The notes beneath the pieces were generated by a model. The model had not been told where the DNA came from and searched no databases. It saw only the letters and a list, made by a program, of their open reading frames with translations. Shown in pieces: positions 1 to 13,300 of a stretch of DNA of 64,000 nucleotides (position 1 is the first letter of the stretch; each line of letters starts with the position of its first letter). The stretch covers positions 558,001 to 622,000 of the forward strand of contig NW_026250405.1 of assembly GCF_024521635.1 (NCBI RefSeq), written 5' to 3'. The position numbers and the translations under genes are program-made. The DNA comes from Tricharina praecox. Its lineage: Eukaryota.

Positions 1-885
1 ACCAAAACGCAAGTGGCACGTGGCGCACACTCCGAACGGAACATTCGGGGATCGTCCCTCTAGACTTCTAGACTTCTAGACTTCCATGAAGTTCTTCTTT
101 TTTGTTTGCTGTCTCGTTTCCCCTGTCTGTAGATCCTAGAGGATGTGTCACACACATGACCATGATCATAGGTAGAGTAGAGTAGCTCTGCTCAGGGATG
201 TTTGGGGTCGGGATTGCAGCTTGGGGTCGACGTCGCGCAGTGGGCAGACCAGGAGCCGGAGCTAGGTATCTCGTCTACCTAGGTAGGTTGTTGAGCACTT
301 GACGCCCCGAAAGCACACGAGCAAACCGACCGACCGGCACACACACACGAGCAAACAGACACACGAGCAAACGAACTCGTATCATGTAAATCTCGGTCAT
401 CAATTGACCAGACCATGATAGAGTCTGGGATGATTTCCATACAGTGCCGATAAGGAATAAGGAAGGCCACATCCCAAGAGGAAGAAAAAAAAGAAGAAGA
501 AGAAAACAATGACAAGCCAACGGCCGCAATGTGCCGCATACACAAACACCACCCAACTCCCAAATCCTAAGAAACCATATCGCCAGCAAGAAAGGCGGTC
601 TTCGATCCCACCAACAACGCGCTATCGCTCGCATAGTAGTAGTAGTAGCAATAGCAATAGTAGTAGCACCAAGCAGACACGTACGCGTGAAACATTTCGA
701 AGGAAGAGAAACCTACAATGGAGGTTAGGACGTGTAATGGGGGGATTTGGGGGGGAGTGCAACATACCAATCATCCCTCGATTCGTTGTCCCCCCTCTTA
801 CTCCCTCTTCCCCCAACCCCACACGTCCTTGTGGTTCTCCCCTGCCGATAGGTACACCACCTCCGCCGCCGCCGTCGCTGCCCAC

Positions 886-1158
886 CTAGTATCCGCCATA
901 CCGAGCGCGGTGGGCACGGACCCACGAGTCGTACTTCTCTCGGAACTCGGCCTCGCTCTGTGTCCGCTCGAGCTCATCGTCGCGTGCGCTCTGGAGTGTT
1001 TGCCGAAGCGAGGCCCAGACGGTTGTGAAGACGCCGATCGATCCGAGAAAGAGCAGGAGCTGTGGTACCGAGCGAGGCATTCTTGTGGTGGTGGCGATGA
1101 TGTTGAAGCCTAGCATGTTGGTAGCAGAAGAGGAGAAGGATGCCGCGGCGTTCAGCAT
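886..1158 (-). CDS. Small hypothetical single-pass membrane protein (about 90 aa; possibly mitochondrial)
   Basis: Intronless ORF; acid-free Ser/Ala/Thr/Arg N-terminus, hydrophobic segment VPQLLLFLGSIGVFTTVWASL, then charged helical tail ending RARYGGY. Start codon uncertain (several Met). Confidence 0.55.
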   Translation of the reverse strand: MLNAAASFSSSATNMLGFNIIATTTRMPRSVPQLLLFLGSIGVFTTVWASLRQTLQSARDDELERTQSEAEFREKYDSWVRAHRARYGGY

Positions 1159-4100
1159 TGTGGAAGAGGACAGAACTTTGGAAGGATGGTAAAGTTAGTT
1201 TGTTGGGCGGAGGCTGTTGTTTAGCTTCGATCTGGCTGGCTCGCTGTTTTTTCCGTAGTGCTGTTGAACTAGACTAGCTTTCGGAACAAGTAACCACGTC
1301 AAAGGATTGTGGTCGTGTGAGACAAGGGCGAAGGTTGCTAAGTAGCTGCTGCTTCGTCTGCGCTGTTCTTGATGAACGGGATTCTGTAATGAGGAAGAGT
1401 GATAGTGACAATGGCAGCAGCAGCGGTTGTGGTTATAGTTATGTTGGTGGTGGTGATTTAGGAGGATTTAAGACCGTTAAGAGCGGGAGATGTTTTTGTG
1501 GGTGATGGTTGACGTGACGGGGGGCAGACGGTTGATTATTTAATATGCCGACTTTCCGCTGGGCTGAGTGTGGGTGGAGAGATCGAGAGAGATAAATAGG
1601 CAAGTGGGCACGCGACACTAGATGCTGTGGCCATTAATTAGCGGTCAGCCCTGAATCCCTTCTTCACTATCGCCAGCATCTGGTTGGACCCTCACCTCTG
1701 GCCGTGCAGGCAAACGATACTTGTCAACTTTTGGTTGACGTAGCTGTGTGTGCCGATTGGCGCTGGCCGTAGGTTGTCGTTGTTGGAGCCTATCGTTATG
1801 GCTCCGCTGGTAGTGCCGGGGGAAGGGAATTGCGGATGGTGATGAGGCCGATTCGATGATGTCGCTGTAGTAGTGGAAGGGGACGCAGACACGTATGCAA
1901 GGGCCAAAGAATTGTAAAGCTGTAGTAGATCTGAAACGAAGTCTAGGATGGGTGGTGGTGATGGTAGTGGCGGTGGTGGTAGCAGGTAATGGGGGATGTT
2001 TTGAATTGTGGGGGAGGGAACGAGGGTCTGTTTAAAGGTGCTGGCTGCCTGACCAACGCATTTGGGGGAGGGGGAATCTGCCGGCCACGTAAACTAAGCA
2101 TTTGCTCTCCTCAGGGTATAACGTGGGATCGATTCGAAGCCATTCCCTTCCTGTCGCCCTCAGGTCAGCGAAACTGACCGGACTCAGGAGAGAACGGAGG
2201 GAGAGAGAAACGGGCCGTGCACGGATCGGGACAAGAGGGCCAGCCAAGCTGCTTGTCTGCTCGCGTGCTCGCTTGGATTCACATCTTGCTGTGGGGTGGG
2301 ATTGTGAGGCAGATAGGCAGTCTCGTATGTATGTGCATGGCTGCATTTTACGCGTTCATCAATTGATCGAGGCTCTCCAGCCGCCCGCAGATCACATGGA
2401 TATACCTCAATTCACACGATATCTACACTCCTGCAGAGAGAACGATGGGCAAGTGGCCCCGTTCCCAGAGACCCAGCGCAACCTTGAACCGACATGCACT
2501 GAATGACTCCTAATTATAGGCGGTTAGTTAGTCGGAAGGGCTGCATCTTGCAGTACGGTGCAGTGCGGTGCAGTCGAGTGCATGGCTATGGTCCGAGATC
2601 ATTCCCACCTGCCTGTCTTCTCCTCCTGGTCCTCATCCTCATCCTCCTCTGCACGTACAAACTGCCGGAGGAGGATGAGGGCCCGCCATCACCTGGTCTT
2701 CGATCGTGTCCTCACTGCAAACGGTCGGGCTGCTGGATATCTACCTCGGCGCTGCACCGCACGCTTACGGCCGTCGACGGTCGTCGTCGTCTCGACACAC
2801 AGATCATCGTTCACAACCACCGTATTCAGCAACGATCGGCCATTGTCTCGACACACAGATCAACGCTCGCGTCCAACCGAATCCAACTGAATCCAGCAAC
2901 GATCGTCCATTGATGTTAAACGTGAGCATTCGTTTATTCGTTTAGCGCCCGTGGCGGCGGCGAACCCGGTACATAATCACCTGTGGGGTTGGGGTCTGAT
3001 GCTTGAAGAAGAATCGCCAATATCATGGATAACTGCATATCTACATACTCTTTCCGGAGTGTGGATGAATTGGCTGCCTATCGTTGGTCGCCTCACTGCT
3101 GCGCGGTTTGTCGCTGGATGCTGGAGGCTGGATGCTGGATGAACTAACTAACGGTGTCGCGTGCTCCAGGGCAGGTTCGACAGTGCTCTGCGTTTTTATT
3201 CGAACCATAGCACACCTACGCTATCACGCACCCCCCCCCACCCGCCCGCCCATCCCCTACCCCCCAATTCCTGCTGCTTGATGTCACCATTCTGCGAGAG
3301 TACAGTAGATAGATTATCAGAGTAACATCTGCAAGTGATATGGACACGACGTGATGAGCGGGGGAGGGGGGGAACTCACGAGACACGCTGACGCAAAGGA
3401 CTTTTTCGCCGTCTGCATCGAGTGTTTATGTCATTGGTCGCAGATTCGCCGCAGTTGCGGTGGCCACTGGACACTGGATACTGGACGTTCGCGATTAGAT
3501 TAGTGATCTGTTCCCGCGAATCCGTATGACAGCAACCTAGCTCAATTCCTGATCGGCAATGGGTTCCGAGGATTGGGATTGAGAAACCGGGGAGTGAGTG
3601 AGTGAGTGAGTGAGTGAGTGAGTGAGTGCTGAGTGTCCGCCTCAATTCGACTGCGAGGCCCGGCTGCCATATCATGCCATGGGCGGTTGCCTGTTGTGTT
3701 GGAAATTTTCTGTGTCTTTCTGTGTCTGTGCCTGTGTCTGTCTGTGTCTGTCTGTGTCTTTGTCTGTGTCTTCGGGCCGACATTCTGGTTGGCTCGAGAT
3801 GGATGGGGATGGATGGCGATGGACGGTGCCGGAGTGGCTCACGTGTGCAGCGCTGCGCATGCCAGCAGATAAATAGCTCGTGGGTGTATTGGAGGCCCGC
3901 CAATCAATCCATCGGTCGGTTGGTTGGTCGGTTGGTCTGGCCATGCTGTGTTTCTGCATGGTACACTACATTATGTATGATACCGGTATGTATGATGTAT
4001 GTACGATACGATTGGAGACTAGTTGCGGTGGGCAGTGCAACGGCTATTCAGCTAGCCTGACAAACCACGAGTGATTAATGGTGTTTACGCCGAGGATTAA

Positions 4101-4759
4101 CCCCCGAAGATAGGCCTCGCAGGCGGTTTTTGATTAAATCTAGGGCAAGAAAACTTTGGTAATTTTGAAGATGTTTGGGCCGTGTGTATGATCCTCGGCA
4201 TTTGGTGTTCCCAGTCGAATGGCGCCTGCGCAAGCTCAATGGGGCGAACAGGGGATATTGGGTGCCAAGTCTTCGAATAATTTTCATTGCTGGTCACTCG
4301 TGATGCTGTTTTAGGAGATAAACCTAACGCCGATAGCTTAACGTGGCGTTCATATTTCCCTATTGAGTGGCATTCTTGGGGTTCTCCATACAAAACTGCC
4401 TGACTTCAAGGCCCACAAGCTACCTAATTAACCAAGACTCCTAATGGCTCTGTTGCAAGATGCTTTAAGGTCTGGTCCGTCACTCTATAGACTCTTTTTA
4501 TGTTTTATCTGTATCGTCGTTGAATAAAGCCAGGCGGGGGGCGAGCATTTTTCATTCCTATTTTACGCGTCCCCAACCATATGTATGCTTCTTCGGGCCC
4601 GGCAGATAGAGTGCGCAACGCGCAAAAGACTTTAGCTGGCATGGTCGAAACCGAGGGAACAATGAGATGAAGCAGAAGAAGCAAGAATACCCTGCGGGAG
4701 AAAGGGAGAAATGTGCGGTATGTAATGGAAACCTGACTGCCAAACAACAGTATCCCCCG

Positions 4760-5700
4760 TCATGCACCGTTTCCAGCCGTCTTTCGGGACCGGAGAACGC
4801 GTGACGATGATGAGCGAGTAGTGCTGGCTGCAGATACTTCGGGCTGGAGGTCCGTGGTGGTCGCTGTTTTTTTCGACCGTTGCCTCTTTGTATTCCCTCC
4901 CGCCTTAACTTTGTTTGCAGCGAATTCATCCTCGTGCTCCCGCGTCTCTGCCGCAGATTTCCGCTTCTTGCCCGCCGCCGTAGGAGCACCATCCGCCACC
5001 GGCGCTGCTACCGCAGACGATGACGTAGTTTTACCGTTGCCATTCTCCAGCGCCTCGCGACCCAGCACAAATCCGACACGCTCGACATCCTCCTCGTCCA
5101 CCTCCAGCCGTGCGGCAATCTTTTGCACCTTCTCGTAGAAATCCCAATACTCGTTCGCATCGTACCTGATCTTTGCCATCCAGTCGGCGTCATGAACGAC
5201 CCAGCGGAACGCCTCATCGCTGAACACTGGTACGTGCGGGAACCTGTGCGCAGCGAGGAGATACGAAGCTGTAGCGGGGCCTACCCCCCGGAGCGCGAGC
5301 AGCGTCGCGAACGACGTGCGGATGTCGCCGGCGAACGCTGCGGTCGTCGTGGATACCACGAAATCTTCTGCGTTCCCTTCGATCAGTCGCAGTATCGGCC
5401 GGTTTTTGCCGCGTTTGCTGGAGGCCGTTAGCTGCCTGCCTGAGGGCCGGAGCGCGAGCCGGACGGAGCGGATGGGGATTACAGTTTGCAGTCGACAAGC
5501 CGGTATAGCTCCGCTTTCGTCATGTGTGGAGGGGACCGCGACGCGATCGTGGCGGGGAGCTCCGTACGCCGCCAGGAGTCGAGGGTTGCTACCGGCTCGG
5601 GTTTGGCATTTGGGCGGGTGGCGGCGATCACGGCATTGGCGTAGCGGGTAAGAAGTTGAGTGAACTCCGCGGAGGTTATCGTGGATGCGAGGGGCGTCAT
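4760..5700 (-). CDS. Helix-hairpin-helix (HhH-GPD-like) DNA glycosylase-like nuclear protein
   Basis: Exons 5700-5483 and 5417-4760; intron GTAATC...CTAAC...CAG joins ...VDCKL/KRGKNRP; HhH motif LLALRGVGPATASYLL followed by PVFSDE; basic NLS-like tail (KKRK, KRQRSKK). Confidence 0.8.
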
Positions 5701-6238
5701 GAATGTAGGCGGGCCGCGGAAGTCGGTGGTGAGTGGGACGCGTCGTGGGGGTTGTGGAGGGGGAGCTAGCGTGAATAGCGAGGCCGCGTTGTAACTCTGT
5801 TCGGCTTAGTGAAATCGAGCTTCTGGATGTCCCGGCACATTGAACACCACCGCCCCTCCCCCATGAGTCAATGGAGGCTGGTATCGGAGAGTAGTTACAC
5901 CGTACCCCAAATGATCTGGAAGTTGGAATAAGATGCAGTAGGTGCTCCTTCAAGGTGGTGTTTAGTGATCGTCCCCCTGGAACCTCAGAATTGTGGCTGT
6001 GAAAGCATCAAAGCATCTCCAACTACGGAATGGGGCAAACGATCTTCCGTTGGTGAGCTTCATATGGATCTCGTATCTAGGTACCCCGCACATAGTCATA
6101 TCTCTCTGTATCTGGTCTAGTCGGCGCGCAACCACTCGGGTATTTAATCTGCACATATGAAGCCACAGGAACCGCAGAAGCAACTCATTCAGGCACACCA
6201 ACGATTCAGACACTCAATCAACCAGCCAGCAACTCGCT

Positions 6239-8229
6239 ATGCCTGCTAAGTGGGAAGAGATCTCTGCCCGCAAACGTCAAGTACGCGACTCGAAGATTCC
6301 GAAGGAATGGCGACTCGCCAGCATTGACCCCGCGCGAATCAATGTCACGGGCGTGCCGCGGGAGTGCGGAATCCTTACTGCCGAGGAACTGAACATCACC
6401 GAGGACTACGAGGCGAAAGGGATTGTCGAGGCTGTTGCGAAGGGGACTCTGAAAGCGGAGGCGGTTGTAATTGCGTTCTGCAAGGTCTGTTCCGCTCTGG
6501 CGGTTCGTCCCGCATAGGTAGCTGACTTGAGTGGCATGTGCAAAGAGAGCGGCGATTGCGCAGCAATTGGTGAGCTTGCCTGCCTCAGAACCCCATTGTC
6601 GTTTGAAGCTTATCAAGTGCAGACAAATTGCCTTACGGAAATCTTCTTTGATGAAGCGATTGAGAGAGGCCAGTTTCTGGACCGCTACATGGCCGAGCAT
6701 GGAAAGCCACTCGGCCCGCTTCACGGGGTTAGCACTTTCACAATTCTTCCGAATCATGATATGGCCATTGTGGACTTAGGAGGGGTTGTTGCTAAAACGC
6801 CCTATGCAGCTCCCCATCTCCCTAAAAGACTGCATTTCCGTCTCGGGCTATGCATCGTCCGTCGGAATCTCCGCCCGAGCTGACACGCTCGCCACCGAAC
6901 ACTCTGTTCTCGCATCGCTATTTCTCTCGGCGGGTGCGATTCTCTACGTCAAGACGACCACACCACAGGGCCAGCTAGCATTTGACACTCACAGTTATCT
7001 CTGGGGCCGGACCCTCAACCCTCTCAACACCACGCTGAATGTGGGTGGCTCCACAGGAGGAGAGGGAGCTCTTCTTGCGATGCGCGGCTCCGTTCTCGGC
7101 ATGGGCACTGACATGGGCGGGAGCATCCGTGTGCCCGCGGCCTGCTGCGGGCTCTATGGCGTTAAGCCGACTTCTCGAAGAGTGCCGCGCCAGGGCTCGG
7201 AGACCATCGAGATCCCCGGCTACTTCTATGGCGGAATCACGACTGTCGCTGGGCCGTTGGCGCGGACCATGGGTGATTGCAAGTGGTTCTTTGAGGTTTT
7301 GGAGAGCTTGGAGCCGTGGAGACACGATCCGCAGGTCTTGCCGTACACTTTCAAAACTCCGCCGAAGAAGCGGTTGAACATTGGTCTCCTCAAGAGCGAC
7401 GGTGTAGTGGTTCCTCTTCCCCCGGTTGTGACGATGTTGGGTGAAGTCGATCGGGCTCTCACCGCCGCGGGACATAATGTGGAGGTCATCGATCTCCCCG
7501 AGTTCCCTGCCGCTTATTGGACTACGCTCGGCTTAATAACTCTCAACCCCACCAACAATTTCTTCAATCTCATGGAGTCGACCGGCGAAAGTCCAACCCC
7601 GTGGCTCGTCCAACTGGGGCTGAAGCGCAAGGGCCACAAGCCCGATGCTCTGGACGACAGTTACAAGCTTATCCACGCGAAAGAGCAGCACGAGATCGTG
7701 TTTCAAAAGACGCTTTGGGAGCGTGGTGAAGGAAAGCTACCGCTTGATGTCGTCCTGTGTCCGGTCAGTGGACACCCTACGCCGAAACAGGATGGCTGGG
7801 CTGGCCCCGATTATGCCATCGTTTGGAATCTGGTGGATTATCCTGCCGGTGTAAGCCACTTCATATGACCCCCTCTCTGGGTTCCGCCTCTTCTAACATT
7901 TCATCTCGTAGGCGATTCCGGTACGCACCGTGACCAAGAAAGACCTCGGCGAGGAGATAGCAGCACCATCGCTTGGGCGATTCGACGATGCCAACCGGGC
8001 GCTCTGTAAGTTCCCCACACCACCGTAGGCAGTCGAGCGTGTCTAACAATCGACCTTGCACATAGGGAATCCGGAATTTCGGGATTCATTCCTTGGAGCG
8101 CCGATGGCAGTGCAGGCCGTTGGCAGGAAGGGGGACGATGGCGCACTGTGCAACGCTATGCAGGTGATCGACCAGGTCTTGCGGGGCTTTGCAAGCACGA
8201 AGCCGGCCGCTCAGTTGCCAAAGATCTAG
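6239..8229 (+). CDS. Amidase signature family enzyme (acetamidase/general amidase-like)
   Basis: Six exons (6239-6484, 6546-6569, 6623-6727, 6810-7850, 7912-8005, 8066-8229); motifs PISLKD, GGSTGGE, GTDMGGSIRVPA (Lys/Ser/Ser triad); ends ...QLPKI*. Confidence 0.92.
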
Positions 8230-8637
8230 GCGGAGCACTTGGGTGGAATGGCGCGAGCTGCCCGACGATACCCGCAGGTCAATGCCACCGACCGGCGACG
8301 AGACAGCTTGCGTCATGCTGGAAGGGCCAATGGGTGATCGATGGTGTCTGGAGAGAATTAAAATCGATACCCGTGCTGATCCTATGTGATCCGGTCATGC
8401 GACGTGATCAACTTCTTGCTTGCGTATGACCGATGTGTGCGACGGTGAATTGGCCGCGATTCTCTGCATTTTTCTGGAGGAGCCCGAGCCCGCCCATCCG
8501 CCAGAGCACGGGTAGTCGAGCACTGCAGCCGTCCAAGTGATCTCGGATAAAAATCTCCCCCATCCCCCCTCTCAAATCTTCACGAAAGCTGTCGGGGCAA
8601 CAAAACAACCTAGAGCTTAACTGCCATGCTCCTTACT

Positions 8638-8643
8638 TATAAA
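8638..8643 (+). promoter_or_regulatory. Putative TATA box of sugar transporter
   Basis: TATAAA about 170 bp upstream of ATG 8812, followed by pyrimidine-rich leader. Confidence 0.4.
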
Positions 8644-8811
8644 CACCCTCGTTTTCTCCCCCAGAGCTTGAAGAAAACTCTCCCAGTCTTTCACTATTCC
8701 GTCTACGGCTACCTATCTTTTGCTTACCGACGACTATTCTATTTTTCTCCTCCATGCGGGGAATCTGAATTGACTTTGTTTCCAAGGCTAATTTAATAAA
8801 CAACAAAAAAG

Positions 8812-10851
8812 ATGGCTATGATACCAACTTACGCCGGCTTGTCCGGGGCGAAGCTCCGAGCTGCGATCACTTCTACTGCTACCATCGGTTTCTTGGTGCG
8901 TGCTGGCTTCACTGCTCGATAAATATGGGCCACTGGGCTGACTTAACCATTGATTGACAGCTGTTTGGATACGACCAAGGCGTGATGAGCGGTATTGTAT
9001 GGATCCCCCACCTCTAACTATGGGACTTTTGCTCGCTCAAGAGACAAGGAAGTCATGCTTATCTTATCCACTACTGTCCAGCCCAGCGCAGCCATGAATC
9101 CATGATCCTCCCAACAGCACGCAGCAGTAGCCGACTGACGCACCCCAGATCACCGGCGAAAAGTTTAACGAGGAGTTTCCGGCCACCAAGGGCAGCGACG
9201 AGTACCACAGCACCATCCAGGGTACCGTGACGTCCGTGTACGAGCTGGGCTGCTTCGCGGGCGCCATCGCCGCCCTGATGTATGGCGAACGCGTGGGCAG
9301 AAGGAAGAGTATCCTGTTCGGCGCGGTGGTCATGATCTTGGGCACTATCGTACAGATCACCGCGTTCCGCGGATCTTGGGAGTTGGGTCAGTTTATCGTC
9401 GGGAGGATCATTACGGTGAGTTTCCGCTGCTGGCCCTGCGGATCGGGTGATAATTTGTGATGCTGATGCTGATGCGGCAACCAAGGGTGTTGGCAACGGC
9501 GCAAACACGTCTTCGATCCCGATTTGGCAAGCGGAGACGTCCAAGTCACACAACCGCGGGCTGCTAATCTGCATCGAAGCGGCGATGATCGCCGTCGGCA
9601 CTGTGATCGCGTACTGGCTCGACTTTGGCTTCTCGTACGTCGACAACTCGTCGCAGTGGCGCTTCCCCATCGGCTTCCAGATCGTGTTTGCCGTCCTCCT
9701 CATCGGCGGAGTTCTGGCTCTTCCGGAGTCGCCGAGGTGGCTGCTGAATCATGGTCATCAGGCGGAGGCCCAGAGGGTCCTGGCTGCCCTGAATGCTACT
9801 ACTGAGGATAATGATGAGACGCAGACGGAGAAAAGGGTCATCATGGATTCCATCGTTGCCGTCGCAGGTGTTGAGGCGTCTAGTGGGTTCAAGGATGTGT
9901 TTTCCCGCGGAAAAGGACAGCATCTGCGGCGCATGCTTATCGGTGCGAGCAGTCAGATGTTTCAGCAGCTCGGAGGTATGTTCCCTCCCGCTTACTTTAA
10001 ATCCACGCAGATAGTAACGTGGCAGCAGGCTGCAACGCCGTGATCTACTACTGTCCCGTCCTCTTCGAGAACTCCCTCAAGCTCTCGCGGACGCTGTCTC
10101 TCGTTCTCGGCGGGGTCAACGCGACGGTCTACGCGATATCAACGCTGTTCTCGTTCGTGTTTATCGAGCGTGCGGGCCGGCGCAACCTGTTCCTGATCGG
10201 CAGCGCGGGCCAGGCGGTCGCAATGCTGATCACCATGGGCTGTTTGATCCCCGACACGATCGAGAGCTCGAAGGGAGCCGCCGCCGGACTGTTCCTGTTC
10301 ATCATCTTCTTTGGCGCCACCTGGCTAGAGCTGCCCTGGCTGTATCCGGCGGAATTGAGCCCGCTCAAGACGAGGACTAGGGCGAATGCCCTGAGCACGA
10401 GTACTAACTGGATCTTTGTGCGTCTACTCCCCACTCCCCACTCCCCCCTCCCCCCGCGCACCCTACGAGACAGGCGCGCTTACGATACCCGCAGAACTTC
10501 TTAATCGTGCAGATCACGCCGACGATGATCGCAGCGATCGGGTGGAAGACGTACCTTGTGTTCGCGATCTTCAACCTAGGGTTCATCCCGGTGATCTACT
10601 TCTTCTACCCCGAGACAGCGGGGCGTTCGCTGGAAGAGATCGACATTGTCTTTGCGCGCGCGTACGTGGACAAGGTCAGTCCCGTCAAGGTGGCCAAGAC
10701 CATGAAGAAGCTGGATGTGCGCGAGGTCGAGATGGCAGAGTTGGAGTTGAGAGATGAGGGTACCCAGGCCGTGGCCGTGAATGTGAATATGGATGTGGGC
10801 GCAGGCCCGCCGGATGAGGAGAAGGCCGTCGCCGCGGATAAGGTTGAATGA
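8812..10851 (+). CDS. MFS sugar porter, STL1-like (glycerol/sugar:H+ symporter family)
   Basis: Exons 8812-8895, 8961-8996, 9149-9415, 9486-9975, 10029-10417, 10495-10851; motifs LFGYDQGVMSG, GRRKSI, PESPRWL, QQLGGCNAVIYY, GRRNL, PWLYPAEL, PETAGRSLEEID. Confidence 0.93.
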
Positions 10852-13194
10852 TGGGGTGTGACGGGAGGGGATGGGAGCGACGGGAGTGTGCATTTTCCGT
10901 TCATTTACAGCCCTGGCAGACATGACCCGACGAGCCATCGGCCTCAATAGTTTCTCGAATACCGTAATTATGTAGCTGCTATAATTACTTATCTGATTTG
11001 CTTGCGATCTTTGATAAGCGGGCTGCGGATGAGTCTCCGGTGCCTTGAATGGTGTTCGAAATTTCTACCAACTAACGCAGCCAGAACGCCTACCTATTCG
11101 CCATGGAGGAAGTTGGGAACAATAGATAGTTACCATATCGACAGCGTGTCTCCCACTCCCTTGGAAACGCCGTTACTTTTCTCTTTCATCACCCCCAACA
11201 TGATCTCCCTCAGCGCCGGATTAGTTATTACAGAAATTCGGCTACAGTCCTTCACAGACTCGCACTCGGAGTCGTAAACCGTAGGTTGAATCCAGATTCA
11301 ATCGGCCCCCCTCACCGTCAGGGCGACACAGCCACAATTACTAGTTCTCGAGAACAATTATTATGATCGTCGTAACGGACACGCGAGACGGTTCCGCGAT
11401 CGGGTCCTCCTCCGCCGCCCGCCCGCTCGGTGAACGAGTGCTCGCTCGTTGGATACGCGGTGGTCCTCCGGCTATGTAGCATGCCGCGCTTATCTCGGCA
11501 TCCCCCCAGCCAGGATCTAAAGTGAATGTCTTTTTCGCAGCCGACAACCGCCTCACATCCGATGCAAGGATTCGGCGGCAGCTCGACTGACCAATCCTGG
11601 ATGTTCCGTTTGCCACCGCCCGCGTCGGCCGAGACCCGAGTATCTATAGCTGCGATATAGGTGTGCGGCGTCCGGTATAGGACCATCTCAATCTCACGTC
11701 CCTGTCGCCGCGATTGCCGAGTGGAACCACGGTTGGATTTTACGAAAGTGCAACTTCCTCTGCAGTCGGTGATCCAGCACCGCGCAGCCAATGGTGAAGC
11801 CGCTGCGAGGCGGCTCGTCCCGAGTAGAGTATATGCACTTTGGATCTTTGGATCAGAGGTGAAGGGAGGAGGAGGAGGAGGTTTCGGGTGAGAAGGGAGC
11901 TGGTAATGGGCAGGCAGAGAGATGAGGTTCGACACCGACAAGGCTACCTATCTCTTCAGCCTCGGTGGCGGAGACCCGATATTGATCGTTAGACATGTTT
12001 CCGAATTGGATATAGAACTGAAGCCGGAGATCGTGTTATGCGCCGCCTGTAGGATTGGCCAGCGCGGCTTCAGACACCCTCTGGAATCGGTACGATGAGG
12101 CTCGATGATATCACGGCAAACCTCAGTTCAGCTCCATTGCCACCGTTCGTTTCTGATATGTAAACCCACGGCGCCGGCTGCAACCAGAGCCAAGGTTGCG
12201 AGCCGTGCTAGAACTAGCGCCACAGACGTTCGTTGCGTGTTATATCGGATGCGGGTTCCAAATTCTACGGAGGAGCGAGCGAGCGCCGAGACGTCGAGCT
12301 GAGAGATTTCGAGGAAAACAGGACATTCGGCTCGCCGCTCACCTCGGCGATCCGGATCTAGGATACTCGAACAGGCATACCATATGACGTCCGCGCATGC
12401 GATCGCTCCTGGGGTTTGACTTATTCTTGTATCCATAACACTCTGCGCTATCATCCGGCAAGGGCGGGGGCGGGGCGGGGGACGCTGCTATTGCTGTTCC
12501 TGTGGGTCGCAAGTCCACCACGATCTAATCAATACCAGACTCGATCCCAGACGTCGGGGGCTGCGCGTCATGCAATGCCCGTCTGTACCGTCTGTACCAC
12601 CGATGCTTCCATCCCATGATCGGTACATCTCACCTGAGATCCAGTTGATTTAGCGGAGAACTCTAGAGTAGGTACCGACGCTGCACACTGCAGCAGCACC
12701 AGGCGCCGGGCTCCAGACTCCGGGAAACATTCATTCGACGAGGCTGCAGGGCCTCCGCAGCGACGCGGGAATCCCAGCAGCAGCGGCGGGTGTGCTTCGA
12801 CCCAACACCACAGGAGCGGAGATGTAGTTAGAGTAGGTAGCTGCAGTGTGATTGTTCCAGCCCCAGAGCAGTGGATGGTGGATCCCCCGTTGTTTGCATT
12901 CGCAGTTGTTGTTGCCGGGCAGTGCTGGAGCCAGAGGTGAGCTGGAACTTCACATCGGTGGTTTGGGCCTCGCATCGGTGGATGTGGGCAGCACACATCG
13001 GGGGACGTCGTCTCTGGCCCCCACGCCTGACAGCGGCCCGTATCTAGTCGAGCAGACTCGCCGACGTCCAGCAGGCCGGCCCTGTAAGATGGGCATGACG
13101 TGCAAAATCTGTCACAGCACACCTCTCGGTGATTGGCTACCATCCCATTCGACGGGCAAGTTGTTGGATCTCTGGGGGGGTTGGGTTGTTGGGG

Positions 13195-13300
13195 GGGTGC
13201 TGTGGGTGCTGTGGGTGTTGTGGGTGTTGTGGGTTTGTGGGTTTGTGGGTATTGGGGATGTTGGGGATGTTGGAGATGTTGGGGATGTTGGGGCGTTGTC
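13195..13300. repeat. Degenerate 9-bp tandem repeats (GGGTGTTGT / GGGGATGTT)
   Basis: Directly visible tandem units upstream of the F-box gene. Confidence 0.8.
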
